Origin: an uncultured Chloroflexia bacterium
GTDB lineage: Bacteria; Chloroflexota; Limnocylindria; QHBO01
Direction: 5' to 3'
Length of the DNA: 64,000 nt
Assembly: GCA_963827475.1 (NCBI GenBank)
Contig: CAWHAZ010000005.1
Location: forward strand, 608,001-672,000
The translations under genes were made by a program, and so were the position numbers. Of the stretch, positions 49,904 through 58,869 are shown piece by piece (positions within the stretch are counted from its first letter, which is position 1; the number at the start of each line of letters is the position of its first letter). Below the pieces are notes generated by a model. It ran no database searches and was not told the origin of the DNA. It was given only the letters and a program-made list of their open reading frames with translations.

Positions 49904-51052
49904 GTGGCGGGAGAGAAGATCCGGCTCCTGTTGATCGAAGACGTGCCCCAGGTGGCATCGCACGTCCGTTCGCTGCTGATTGCCCAAAGCCAGATCCAGG
50001 TCGTGGAGGTCATACCCGAGGGCGAGCGTGCGCTGGCCGCGGTGGGGGACTTCCGCCCCGACGTGGTGATCATCGACTGGTTGCTCCAGGGGCGGGTCAG
50101 CGGCGCGAAGGCCGCCTCCAGCATCCGCCAGGCGCATCCCGAGGTTGGCATCATCGTGCTCACCGTTCCGCAGGAGCCGATCACCGAGGATCCGGCTCGG
50201 GGCATCGACGCGGTGCTCCGCATGCCGCTGGCCGGTTTCGACCTCAGCGCGGTCATCCGCAAGATCGCCGAGGAGCGGGCCACGGCCACGACCGGCGGCG
50301 GGGCCCAGCTGGTAAGCCTCTTCTCCCCGAAGGGCGGCGTGGGGCGAACGACCCTCGCCTACAACCTGGCCGTGGCCCTCGCCGGTGAGGAGCCGGTCTG
50401 CCTGGTCGACGGCTCGATGCAGTTCTCCGACCTGCGCGGCCTGCTCCGCGCTCCGGCGGATGCGCGCTCCATCCTCGACCTGCCGACCGACAAGATCCGG
50501 GAAGGGGACGTCTCCGAGGTGATGTTCCGTGACCCGTCGGGGATCGACGTCCTGCTGGCTCCACCCCGGGTCGAGATGGCCGAGATGATCACCACCCGCG
50601 ACATCGAGAAGTCGCTGTCCCTCCTCCGCCGCCTGTACGGCCATGTCGTCATCGACACCCGGGCTGCCCTGACCGATGACGTGCTCGCCTTCCTCGACGC
50701 CTCGGATCTCGTCCTCCAGATTCTGACGTTCGAGGCCCAGGCGGTGCGATCTCTGGCGATGGCCAACGAGGCCTTTGCTGCCATCGGCTACCCACCTTCC
50801 AAGCTGGCGGTGGTCCTCAACCGGGCCGATGCATCCGGCGGCATGAGCCGCGAAGAGGTCGAGGAGGTGCTGGGCCACCACATCGACTTCGAGATCGTGT
50901 CCGACGGCCGGTTGGTGCTGGCCGCCAACAACGAGGGCGTGCCGTTCGTCGCGGCCAGCCCCGACGCCCAGATCTCGAAGGGAGTGCGCAGCATCGCCGC
51001 TGCACTCCTCGCCCACCGCCGCTCGCCGGCCCTGTCTCTGGCCGCTCGCTGA
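49904..51052 (+). CDS. Receiver + MinD/ParA ATPase, CpaE/TadZ-like (second copy)
   Basis: LLIED...PDVVIID REC domain; PKGGVGRTT, VVIDT, VLNR. Confidence 0.87.
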   Translation: MAGEKIRLLLIEDVPQVASHVRSLLIAQSQIQVVEVIPEGERALAAVGDFRPDVVIIDWLLQGRVSGAKAASSIRQAHPEVGIIVLTVPQEPITEDPARGIDAVLRMPLAGFDLSAVIRKIAEERATATTGGGAQLVSLFSPKGGVGRTTLAYNLAVALAGEEPVCLVDGSMQFSDLRGLLRAPADARSILDLPTDKIREGDVSEVMFRDPSGIDVLLAPPRVEMAEMITTRDIEKSLSLLRRLYGHVVIDTRAALTDDVLAFLDASDLVLQILTFEAQAVRSLAMANEAFAAIGYPPSKLAVVLNRADASGGMSREEVEEVLGHHIDFEIVSDGRLVLAANNEGVPFVAASPDAQISKGVRSIAAALLAHRRSPALSLAAR

Positions 51053-51070
51053 TTACCTGACCTGAGCGCC

Positions 51071-51932
51071 GTGGTCTCGCCCGACCAGCGTCCGATCGCC
51101 GTCTTCGACTCCGGAGTCGGCGGTCTCACTGTCCTGTCGGAGATCCGGCGCCGCCTTCCGGGGGAGTCGACGGTCTACCTCGGCGACAACGCGCGCACCC
51201 CGTACGGTCCGCGCCCGGCGGACGAGGTCCGGCGCTTCACGCTCGACAGCGTCGAGTGGCTCCTCCGCCAGGATCCCAAAGTGCTGGTCCTCGCCTGCAA
51301 CACGGCCACCGCCCAGGCGCTGTCGGCAGGTCCGGGTCGCCTCGCCGATACCGGTTCTCGGCGTCGTTCGGCCTGGCGCGGTCGCCGCCGCGGCGGCGAC
51401 CCGCATCGGTCACGTCGGGGTCGTCGCCACGGCCGGCACGGTGGCCTCCGGCGCCTACCCCGTGGCGATCGTTGAGGCCGACCCCGCGCTTCGGGTCAGC
51501 CAGCAGGCGTGCCCCGATCTCGTCCCGCTGGTGGAGGCCGGGGAGCTGGACGGTCCGCGCGTCGACGACGCGGTGGGTGGCTACCTGGACGCACTCCGCG
51601 CCCAGCAGCCGACCCTCGACACGCTGCTCCTGGGCTGCACCCATTACCCGCTGCTGCGGCCGGTCTTCGCGGATCACCTCGGCCCGTCGGTCCGCGTCGT
51701 CGACTCGGCGTTCACCACGGCCCTCGCGCTCGAAGACCTGCTCGACGCGATCCAGGCGCGGAACGGCAGCAGCTCCGACAGCCCGTCGACCGGCGCCGGG
51801 TCGCCGCCGAACCGGGTGGCCACCACCGGCGACCCCAACGCCTTCCGCGCGGTGGCCGTTCGGCTGTTCGGAGCGGACCTGTCGGCGGTGGAGGCAGTCG
51901 ATCTTTCCCCGGCCGAGGCGCGCGCCGACTAG
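51071..51932 (+). CDS. murI: Glutamate racemase (apparent frameshift ~51328)
   Basis: [20 protein letters not shown] in the first frame; LGCTHYP in the next frame. Confidence 0.92.
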
Positions 51933-51942
51933 ACTTCCGCGC

Positions 51943-53159
51943 GTGACCCGCAGCACCGCGCGCAGCACGGCCCGCCTCACCGCCGGGATCGTCATCGGCA
52001 CCCTCCTGACCGCGACGATCGCGGTTGCGGGACGCCGGCTCGAGCAGCGGGCCGGCAGCCATCTCCTCGACTGGGCGACCATCCGGTCGATCGCGCGCCG
52101 CCGGGTCGGCGATCGAGCTGGCCGGCTGACTGCCGCCGAACGTGCGCGGGCGGAGGCGTTCTACCTCGCCGCCGCGGAACGGGTGGCGCCGCTGGTGGCG
52201 GCCGAGATCGGAGCCCCGGGGATCACCCTCGAGCCGCCGGCGGTCATCGACCGCCTCCAGTGGATCGACCTCAACCTCGAGACCTTCCAGCGGCTCATCG
52301 GTCGATTGGAGACCGAGCTCGCCGGCACTCGGGGAGTGCCACGCGGCGCTGGGCCCGCCCTCGCCCGGATCGTGAACCGGAGTGTCGGCAACCACCAGCT
52401 GGGGTGGCTCCTCTCCTTCCTCGCCACCAAGGTCCTGGGCCAGTACGACATCAGTCTCCTCGCCACCGCTGCGCCCACGCGGGGCCGCCTGTACTACGTG
52501 GAAGCCAATGTCGTGGCCACGGCCGACAGCCTCGGGATCGAGCGGGACGCGTTCCGCACCTTCATCGCCATCCACGAGGTGACTCACGCCCACGAGTTCG
52601 AATCGCATCCCTGGCTGCGGGCGCATTTCGCGTCCCTGGTGGAGGACACCCTCCACCAGCTGGCCGCCGACGCCGGCGGGATGTGGACCCGCCTGGCCCA
52701 GGCCCGCGGAGGGTCCGGCCACTGGATGGAGCGACTCATGACCCCCGCCCAGCGCGAAGCGTTCGGGCGGACCCAGGCCCTGATGTCGCTGCTGGAAGGC
52801 GCCTCCAACCACGTCATGAACGCGGTCGGCTCGCGGGTCCTGCCGAATTTCGACGCACTCCACGAGAAGTTCGAGGGTCGGCATCGCCGCCGCGGGCCGC
52901 TCGAGCAGCTCGTGCTCCGCCTGACCGGCCTCGACCTCAAGCTCGAGCAGTACGCGGAGGGCGAACGCTTCGTCGCGGCCGTGGTCGCCCAGAGCGGCCA
53001 GGCCGGGCTCGCCCGCGTGTGGCGCGGATCGGAATGGCTGCCAACGCTGGACGAGATCCGCGACCCCGCGGCGTGGCTGGCTCGGGCCGACGCACCCTGG
53101 AGACCGACACCCTGGAGACCGACACCCTGGAGACCGACACCCTGGAGGCCCGCAGCTGA
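51943..53159 (+). CDS. Zinc-dependent metalloprotease, DUF2342 family (apparent frameshift ~53092)
   Basis: VLGQYD, IAIHEVTH, MSLLEG..NHVM, KLEQYAEGERF, LPTLDEI.DP..W. The likely end TLETD-repeat-ARS-TGA at 53159 is in a shifted frame. Confidence 0.82.
53093..53147 (+). repeat. 15-bp tandem repeat x3.7
   Basis: CACCCTGGAGACCGA x3 plus CACCCTGGAG. Confidence 0.92.
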
Positions 53160-54154
53160 CCGCGACCCGCGCGGTCCGGATTCTCACCACGCCGGTCTTC
53201 GGGGCGCCGCTGACCCCGGAGATGGTCGCGAGGATCGAGGCCGTTCCCGGAGCCCGGGTCACCCAGATCTCGCGCGACGGGGTGGCCCACGGCGACGCGG
53301 AGGCCGCGCTGACCGAGGCGGAGGTCCTCCTCCGTGGCCAGATCGCGTCCAAGGTCCTCGACCACGTCATCGAGCGCGCGCCGGCGCTCCGCTGGATCCA
53401 TTCCATCTCGGCGGGGGTGGACAAGGTCGTGACCCCCCTGTCGCGCCATCGCGGCCTGCAGGTGACAAACGCCCGCGGCGTGTTCTCGCGACCCATCGCC
53501 GAGTACGTGGTGATGATGTGCCTGGTCATCGCCCGCCGCCTGCCCCAGCTGCTCGACCTCCAGCGTGAGCGGACGTGGCAGCCGCTGCGCGGGCAGGAGC
53601 TCGGTGGCCTGACGGTCGGCATCATCGGCTACGGCAGCATCGGCGCAGAGGTGGCCCGTCTGCTGGAGCCGTTCGGGACGCGGGTCCTCGCCACCCGCCG
53701 CCATCCCGAGCTGGGGGCCGGCGGCCACGCCAATGTCGAGGTCCTGGGCATCGACCGCCTCCACGACCTCCTCCGCGCCTCGGACGTCGTGGTCATCGCG
53801 GCGCCATTGACCGATGAGACCGCCGGGCTGATCGGTGCACCGGAGCTGCAGGAGATGCCGGGACACGCGTGGCTGATCAACATCGCGCGCGGACGGCTGG
53901 TGGACGAGATGGCGCTCCGCCGCGCGCTGGCCAACGGCTGGATCGGTGGCGCCGTCCTCGATGTCTTCGACGAGGAGCCGCTCCCCGCCGACTCGCCGCT
54001 GTACGACACTCCGAACCTTGTCATCACGCCCCACACCTCGTGGTCGTCGGACCGCGTCGTGGAGCGCAGCATCGACCTCTTCGTGGCCAACCTCGAGCGC
54101 TACCTGGGCGGCGACCCGCTGGAGAACCTCGTCGACCTCGAGGCCGGCTACTGA
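53156..54154 (+). CDS. D-2-hydroxyacid dehydrogenase (probable CTG start at 53156; first ATG at 53222)
   Basis: WIHSISAGVD, TNARG, GYGSIG, PLTDET, INIARG, LDVF..EPLP, ITPH. Confidence 0.9.
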   Translation: MTATRAVRILTTPVFGAPLTPEMVARIEAVPGARVTQISRDGVAHGDAEAALTEAEVLLRGQIASKVLDHVIERAPALRWIHSISAGVDKVVTPLSRHRGLQVTNARGVFSRPIAEYVVMMCLVIARRLPQLLDLQRERTWQPLRGQELGGLTVGIIGYGSIGAEVARLLEPFGTRVLATRRHPELGAGGHANVEVLGIDRLHDLLRASDVVVIAAPLTDETAGLIGAPELQEMPGHAWLINIARGRLVDEMALRRALANGWIGGAVLDVFDEEPLPADSPLYDTPNLVITPHTSWSSDRVVERSIDLFVANLERYLGGDPLENLVDLEAGY

Positions 54155-54157
54155 CCG

Positions 54158-55249
54158 ATGCAGGTCGCGATCGTCGGCCTGCCCGGGTCGGGCAAGACCA
54201 CCGTCTTTACCGCCCTCGGCGGCCATCCGGCAGAGGGCGGGCACGCCGCGGGCCGCGCCGCGCCGAACATCGGGGTCGTCCCGGTGCCGGACCACCGCGT
54301 CGACGCCCTGGCCGAGGTCTTCCGCCCGAAGAAATCGGTCTACGCCGACGTGACCTACGTCGACCTCGCGATCCCGGCCGGGGCCACCCGGGCCGGGACC
54401 GTGGACCCGGACCTGCTCGGTCGCATCCGCACGTCTGACGCCCTGCTGCACGTGGCGCGCGCATTCGATGACCCTGCCGCCGAGCGTGCGGCCGACCCGT
54501 GGCGCGACGTCGAGGAGCTGGACCTCGAGTACGTCGTCGCGGACCTCGAAGTCGTCACCCGCCGCCTCGAGCGGCTCGGCTCCTCGGGCCGACACGGGAC
54601 CGCGGCCGAGCGCGAGCAGAACGCCCGCGAAGAGGAGCTTCTCGCCCGCCTGGCGCCGGTGCTGGAGGACGGGCGGCCGCTGCGCGAGCTGGAATGGACC
54701 GATGACGACGAGCGTCTGGCCCGCGGCTACCGCTTCCTGTCCCAGAAGCCGCAGCTGGTCGTCCTCAACGTCACCGAGGACCGGCTGCCGCAGGCCGATG
54801 CCCTGGAGGCGGAGGCCCGCTCGGCGCACGCGGGTGCGGCCCGCGACGTGATCGTTCTCGGCGGACGAATCGAGGCCGAGATTGCCGCGCTGCCGGAGGA
54901 CGAGGCGCAGCCGTTCCTGGACGACCTCGGCATCGCCGAGGCGTCGCGCGGGCGGGTCATCACCCGCACCTACGCGCTGCTCGGCCTGTTCTCGTTCCTC
55001 ACCGCCGGCCCCGACGAGTGCCGGGCGTGGACGATCCCTGACGACGCCACCGCACTCGACGCCGCCGGGACCATTCACTCCGACCTGGCTCGGGGCTTCA
55101 TCCGGGCGGAGGTGATCGACTGGGCCGATCTCGTCGCCTGCGGGTCCACGGCCGAGGCGCGGCGCCGGGGCCTCCTGCGCTCGGAAGGCAAGACCTACCA
55201 GGTGCAGGACGGGGACGTGATCGAGGTCCTGTTCAACGTCGGCCGCTGA
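54158..55249 (+). CDS. ychF: Obg-family ATPase YchF
   Basis: GLPGSGKTT, VPDHR, F.TAGPDECRAWTI, AAGTIHSDLARGFIRAEV, EGKTYQVQDGD. Confidence 0.92.
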   Translation: MQVAIVGLPGSGKTTVFTALGGHPAEGGHAAGRAAPNIGVVPVPDHRVDALAEVFRPKKSVYADVTYVDLAIPAGATRAGTVDPDLLGRIRTSDALLHVARAFDDPAAERAADPWRDVEELDLEYVVADLEVVTRRLERLGSSGRHGTAAEREQNAREEELLARLAPVLEDGRPLRELEWTDDDERLARGYRFLSQKPQLVVLNVTEDRLPQADALEAEARSAHAGAARDVIVLGGRIEAEIAALPEDEAQPFLDDLGIAEASRGRVITRTYALLGLFSFLTAGPDECRAWTIPDDATALDAAGTIHSDLARGFIRAEVIDWADLVACGSTAEARRRGLLRSEGKTYQVQDGDVIEVLFNVGR

Positions 55250-55255
55250 GGCCGG

Positions 55256-55576
55256 TCAGGATCGGTCGAGCTCGACGACGATGCTGCGAAACTCATTGGT
55301 AGTCTCGACCAGGAAGGTGTCCTCGTCGGACATGCCCACCGACATCGATGCCGCCAGCTTCTCGTCACCGATATAGGTGAAGCCGTGGCTCCGCTCCAGC
55401 TCGCGGGCAACCGCCTCGACCAGTGTGTCTTCCTCGAAGGTCTCGATCACCGCGCCGCGGGCCGTCCGGACCAGTGCTGCGAACTCCTCGCCGCTCAATG
55501 CGCGTTCGCTGACCAGCAAAGCGTTGGTCAGCAGGTCGGCGGCGCCCTCGTGGAGCTCGTAGAAATGCAGGCTCAT
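55256..55576 (-). CDS. Small hypothetical protein
   Basis: Natural-looking composition, GC3 bias; TATCAT lies 9 nt upstream of the ATG. Confidence 0.65.
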   Translation of the reverse strand: MSLHFYELHEGAADLLTNALLVSERALSGEEFAALVRTARGAVIETFEEDTLVEAVARELERSHGFTYIGDEKLAASMSVGMSDEDTFLVETTNEFRSIVVELDRS

Positions 55577-55578
55577 CG

Positions 55579-56440
55579 GTGACCGATGATATCCGGGCCG
55601 ATCCCGGGGTGCCGGTCGACCTCCTTGTCATCGGTGGCCTGACCATCGACGTGCTCGACGGGAACGAAGTGGCCGGCGGCGCGGCCCGCTACGCCACCGA
55701 GGGGGCCCTCGCCGCCGGCCTGCGCGTCGCGCTGCACACGGTCTCTGGCCCGGAACCGGTCGCCCGCGCGATGGTGGAGCGCCTCGGGGTGGGTGCCGCG
55801 GTCCGCTGGCAGGAGGCAGCCACCTCAATCGTCTTCGAGCATCACGGCGTCCACGACCAGCGGCGCCTCCGCCTGCGCTCGGGGACCGAGTCGATCCGCG
55901 CCGCGGATCCGCCGCGCCTGCCACCGACCCGGGCCGTCCTCTTCGCGCCGGTGGCCGGCGAGGTCTCGGTCGATGCGCTCCGTGCGGTCACGGCCCCCGT
56001 CCGCGCGGCAGGGCTGCAGGGGTGGCTGCGCCAGACCGATGTCGACGGCTGGGTGGACCGCCGACCGCTGTCCGCGGTGGACGAGGCGATGGCCGATGCC
56101 CTGCGCGGCCTCGCGCTGCTGGTGGCGAGCGTCGACGAGCTGCGCGGTGATGCTGGCCCCGAGGCCATGACCCGCCTTCGCGCCTGGGCCGGTCCGCGGG
56201 CCCGAGCTCGTGGTCACCGCCGGCACGGCCGGGGCGTGGGTCGACGACGGTCGTGCCGCCCTACGCCACGTCCCGGCCGAGGTGGTGCCAGACCGACACA
56301 CGATCGGGGCCGGTGACGCCTTCGCGGCCGTGCTCACCGCGCGGCGTGGCGCAGGCCGCGACCTGTGGTCCGCCGCTTCCGAGGCGGCGACGGCGACCGC
56401 CCGTTTCCTTGCCAATCGCGGACCGGCGACAATCGCCGAG
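55579..56440 (+). CDS. PfkB family carbohydrate kinase (apparent frameshift ~56201; 3' boundary uncertain)
   Basis: LLVIGGLTID...GGAARY, QGWLR, VVTAG..GA, TIGAGDAFAA. No stop is seen before the META domain. Confidence 0.78.
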
Positions 56441-56825
56441 ATGGGTGAGCGGGATACGGCAGCGGACCTGGCCGAGCTCGACGAGACCCGCTGGCGTCGC
56501 CACGCGGTTCGGCCCGGGCCTTCGGCATGCGCCCGCGCCGGAGTCCGAGTTCACCCTGGAGATCCAGGGCGACCGGCTTGCCGGGCGGTCCGGTTGCAAT
56601 CGCTTCATGGGCACCTGGTCGACCGAGGACGGCCGGCTGCGGATCGGTCAGCTGGCGAGCACGATGATGTTCTGCGATGGGTTGATGGAGCTCGAGGGCG
56701 CCTACCTCGCCGCACTCCAGAGTGCGACCGGTGTGAGAGCCGATGAGGCCGGGCTGACCTTGGTCGGCCCGGACGGAGCCGCGGTGGTGGAGCTCACCAG
56801 GGAAGCGCTGGCGCCGGAAACCTAG
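56441..56825 (+). CDS. META/HslJ domain (separate gene from ATG 56441 or C-terminal domain of PfkB; apparent frameshift ~56495)
   Basis: L.ETRW...TLEI...LAGRSGCNRFMG...LASTMMFC..LMELE..YL.AL. Confidence 0.75.
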
Positions 56826-56834
56826 CGCCGGAAC

Positions 56835-58804
56835 TTAGCGCCAGTCGACGGCGCGGACCTCCACCGGCTCGGCCACTCCCTTGAGCTTCATCGAGCGGGG
56901 CTCGGAGATGGAGTACCGAATCGCGCCGGCGTCCTCGAGCGCGGCCCCCGAGACGAGGACCTCCTCTCGCGTGGCCGCGGCGCCGACCCGCGCCGCGACG
57001 TGGACGCCTCGTCCGGAGTAGGTGCTGCCCTTCCGCGTTGCCTCGGAGGTGTGCAGGCCGATGCGCACCCACGGGGCGAAGCCGTGCGCCCGACGGTGCT
57101 TGGCCAGCCGCCGCTGGATGTCCACCCCGCAGTCGACCCCGTCGGCGGCGCGCCTCGAACGCGGCGAAGAACCCGTCGCCGGTGTGCTGCACCTCCTCCC
57201 CGCGGTGCTGGGCGATCGACGCCCGAAGCTCGCGGTCGTGCCAGTCGAGCAGCTCGTTCCACGCCTCGTCCCCGATCAGCTCGACGAGGTCGGTCGAGGT
57301 GACGATGTCGGTGAACATGAAGGTCCGCTTCACCGTCCCGCGCGACGTTGGCGTGGCAGGCACCGCATCCGTCCCGAGCAGCGCCTCGACCCGGCGGAGC
57401 TCCGTGGTGGCTCCCAGCCTGGCGAAGACCGCGTGCGCTGCGCGCAGGTCGCGCGTCGCGGCTGCTGCGTCGCCCTCTGCGCGCAGGGCCTGGGCCAACA
57501 GCACGCGCGCACGGGCGCTCTCGAAAGGCAGGTTCATCTCCTGCCATTGTCGCCACGCCTGGTCCAGGACCCGGGAAGCCTCGCCTGCCTTGCCCTCGGC
57601 CAGGAGGACCTCGCCACGGGCCGTCGCCGCGCCTCGCGTCGAAGATCGGGAAGCCAAACTCGGCGGCGAACTCGGTCAGCTCGGCGCTCGCGGCTCGGGC
57701 CGTGTCCAGGTCGCCGCGCGCGACGGCGATCTCGACCTGGGCGGGGAGCAGCTCGGCGCGGCCGGGCCGGTCTGGCGTAGACCCTCCTCCCGCCCGCTGG
57801 GCAAGCCCTCGATGGATGGATCGCTCCGCCTCGTCCGGATCCCCGCGCTCCAGCTGGAGGAGGGCGAGTCCGGGCTGCCCGTCATGCCCGTACTCGTACG
57901 CCCGCTCGAACGATTCGGCGGCGGCGTCCAGGTCGCCCATCCGGCGCTTGACCTCGCCCAGCTGGTACCGGCCCCATCCGGCGTCGAACAGGAGCTGGAA
58001 TCGCTCGAGCTGCTCGCAGGCGACCCGCGCCTCCTGCTCCGCCTCGGAGAGCGAGCCGTGGAGCATCTTCAGCTCGGCCCGGTGCACCTGGCAGACGCCG
58101 GGGTAGCCGCCAACCGCCTCTCGAAGCATCCAGCGTTCGGCTTCGTCCGCCCACCGCCCGGCGCGAGGAAAGTCGCCGAGCGTGCGGCAGGCAGAAATCG
58201 TCTGGCAGTAGATATCGCTCGCGACTCGCACGTCGAGCTGGCCGGAGACAGCGGCGGCAGCGGCCTCTTCGATCATCGCCAGGCCCGGCTGCCAGTTACC
58301 GCGGGAGATCTCGGCAAGCCCCTTGAAGCTCAGGGCGGCGTACTGCGCCTCTGCATTCCCGTGGGCCTTCCCGAGGGCAATTGCGCGATCCGCGTGGTCG
58401 ATGGCCTCGTCGAACTGCGTTCGGGCGATCGCAGCCAGGACGCGGAAGACCTCCAGTCGCGCGTGGATGCCGGATTCGGGGAGCTCCTCGAGAAGGCGCT
58501 CGGCTCGAGCGAGCCAGGCCATGGCGACCGGGATGGCCAGTCGGCGGAAGTGGATATAGACAAGGGACGCGGCGGCGCCCGCGGCCTCGGTCAGCCGTCC
58601 TTCGGTCTCATAAGCGGCAAACGACCGCTCGAGAGCAGAAACTGCGGCGTCGGCATCGGCGTTCCACCACGCCGCCTCAGCCTGGAGCTCGAGGTCCTCG
58701 GGGGTCAGCGGCTCCGCCTGGCCGGCGGCCGTGAACGCGTCGACCGCCTCTGACCATGAGTGGCGGCGTGAGGCGTCGCGCCCGAGCTCGAGGGTGCTTG
58801 TCAT
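56835..58804 (-). CDS. TPR/MalT-like sensor + class III nucleotide cyclase (apparent frameshifts ~57633 and ~57152)
   Basis: ELGRDASRRHSW...helical repeats...PGVCQVHRAE; cyclase TFMFTDIVTST, TGDGFFAAF, VRIGLH, GRGVHVAARV. Confidence 0.82.
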
Positions 58805-58869
58805 TCGGCTCACCACATCGAAGCGTCTGAACGGTGAGCCTACTCCGTCACGTCCAGATTGGACCGGCG

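Noticed and set aside
53093-53147. Possible mini CRISPR array or PWRPT peptide repeat
   Set aside because: The 15-bp units are contiguous with no spacers and there are no cas genes. The TLETD frame, which ends at a coupled stop, is more plausible.
56835-57330. Pycsar/CBASS-type anti-phage cyclase
   Set aside because: There is no adjacent effector (TM, TIR, nuclease) gene, and the cyclase is fused to a sensor typical of signalling proteins.
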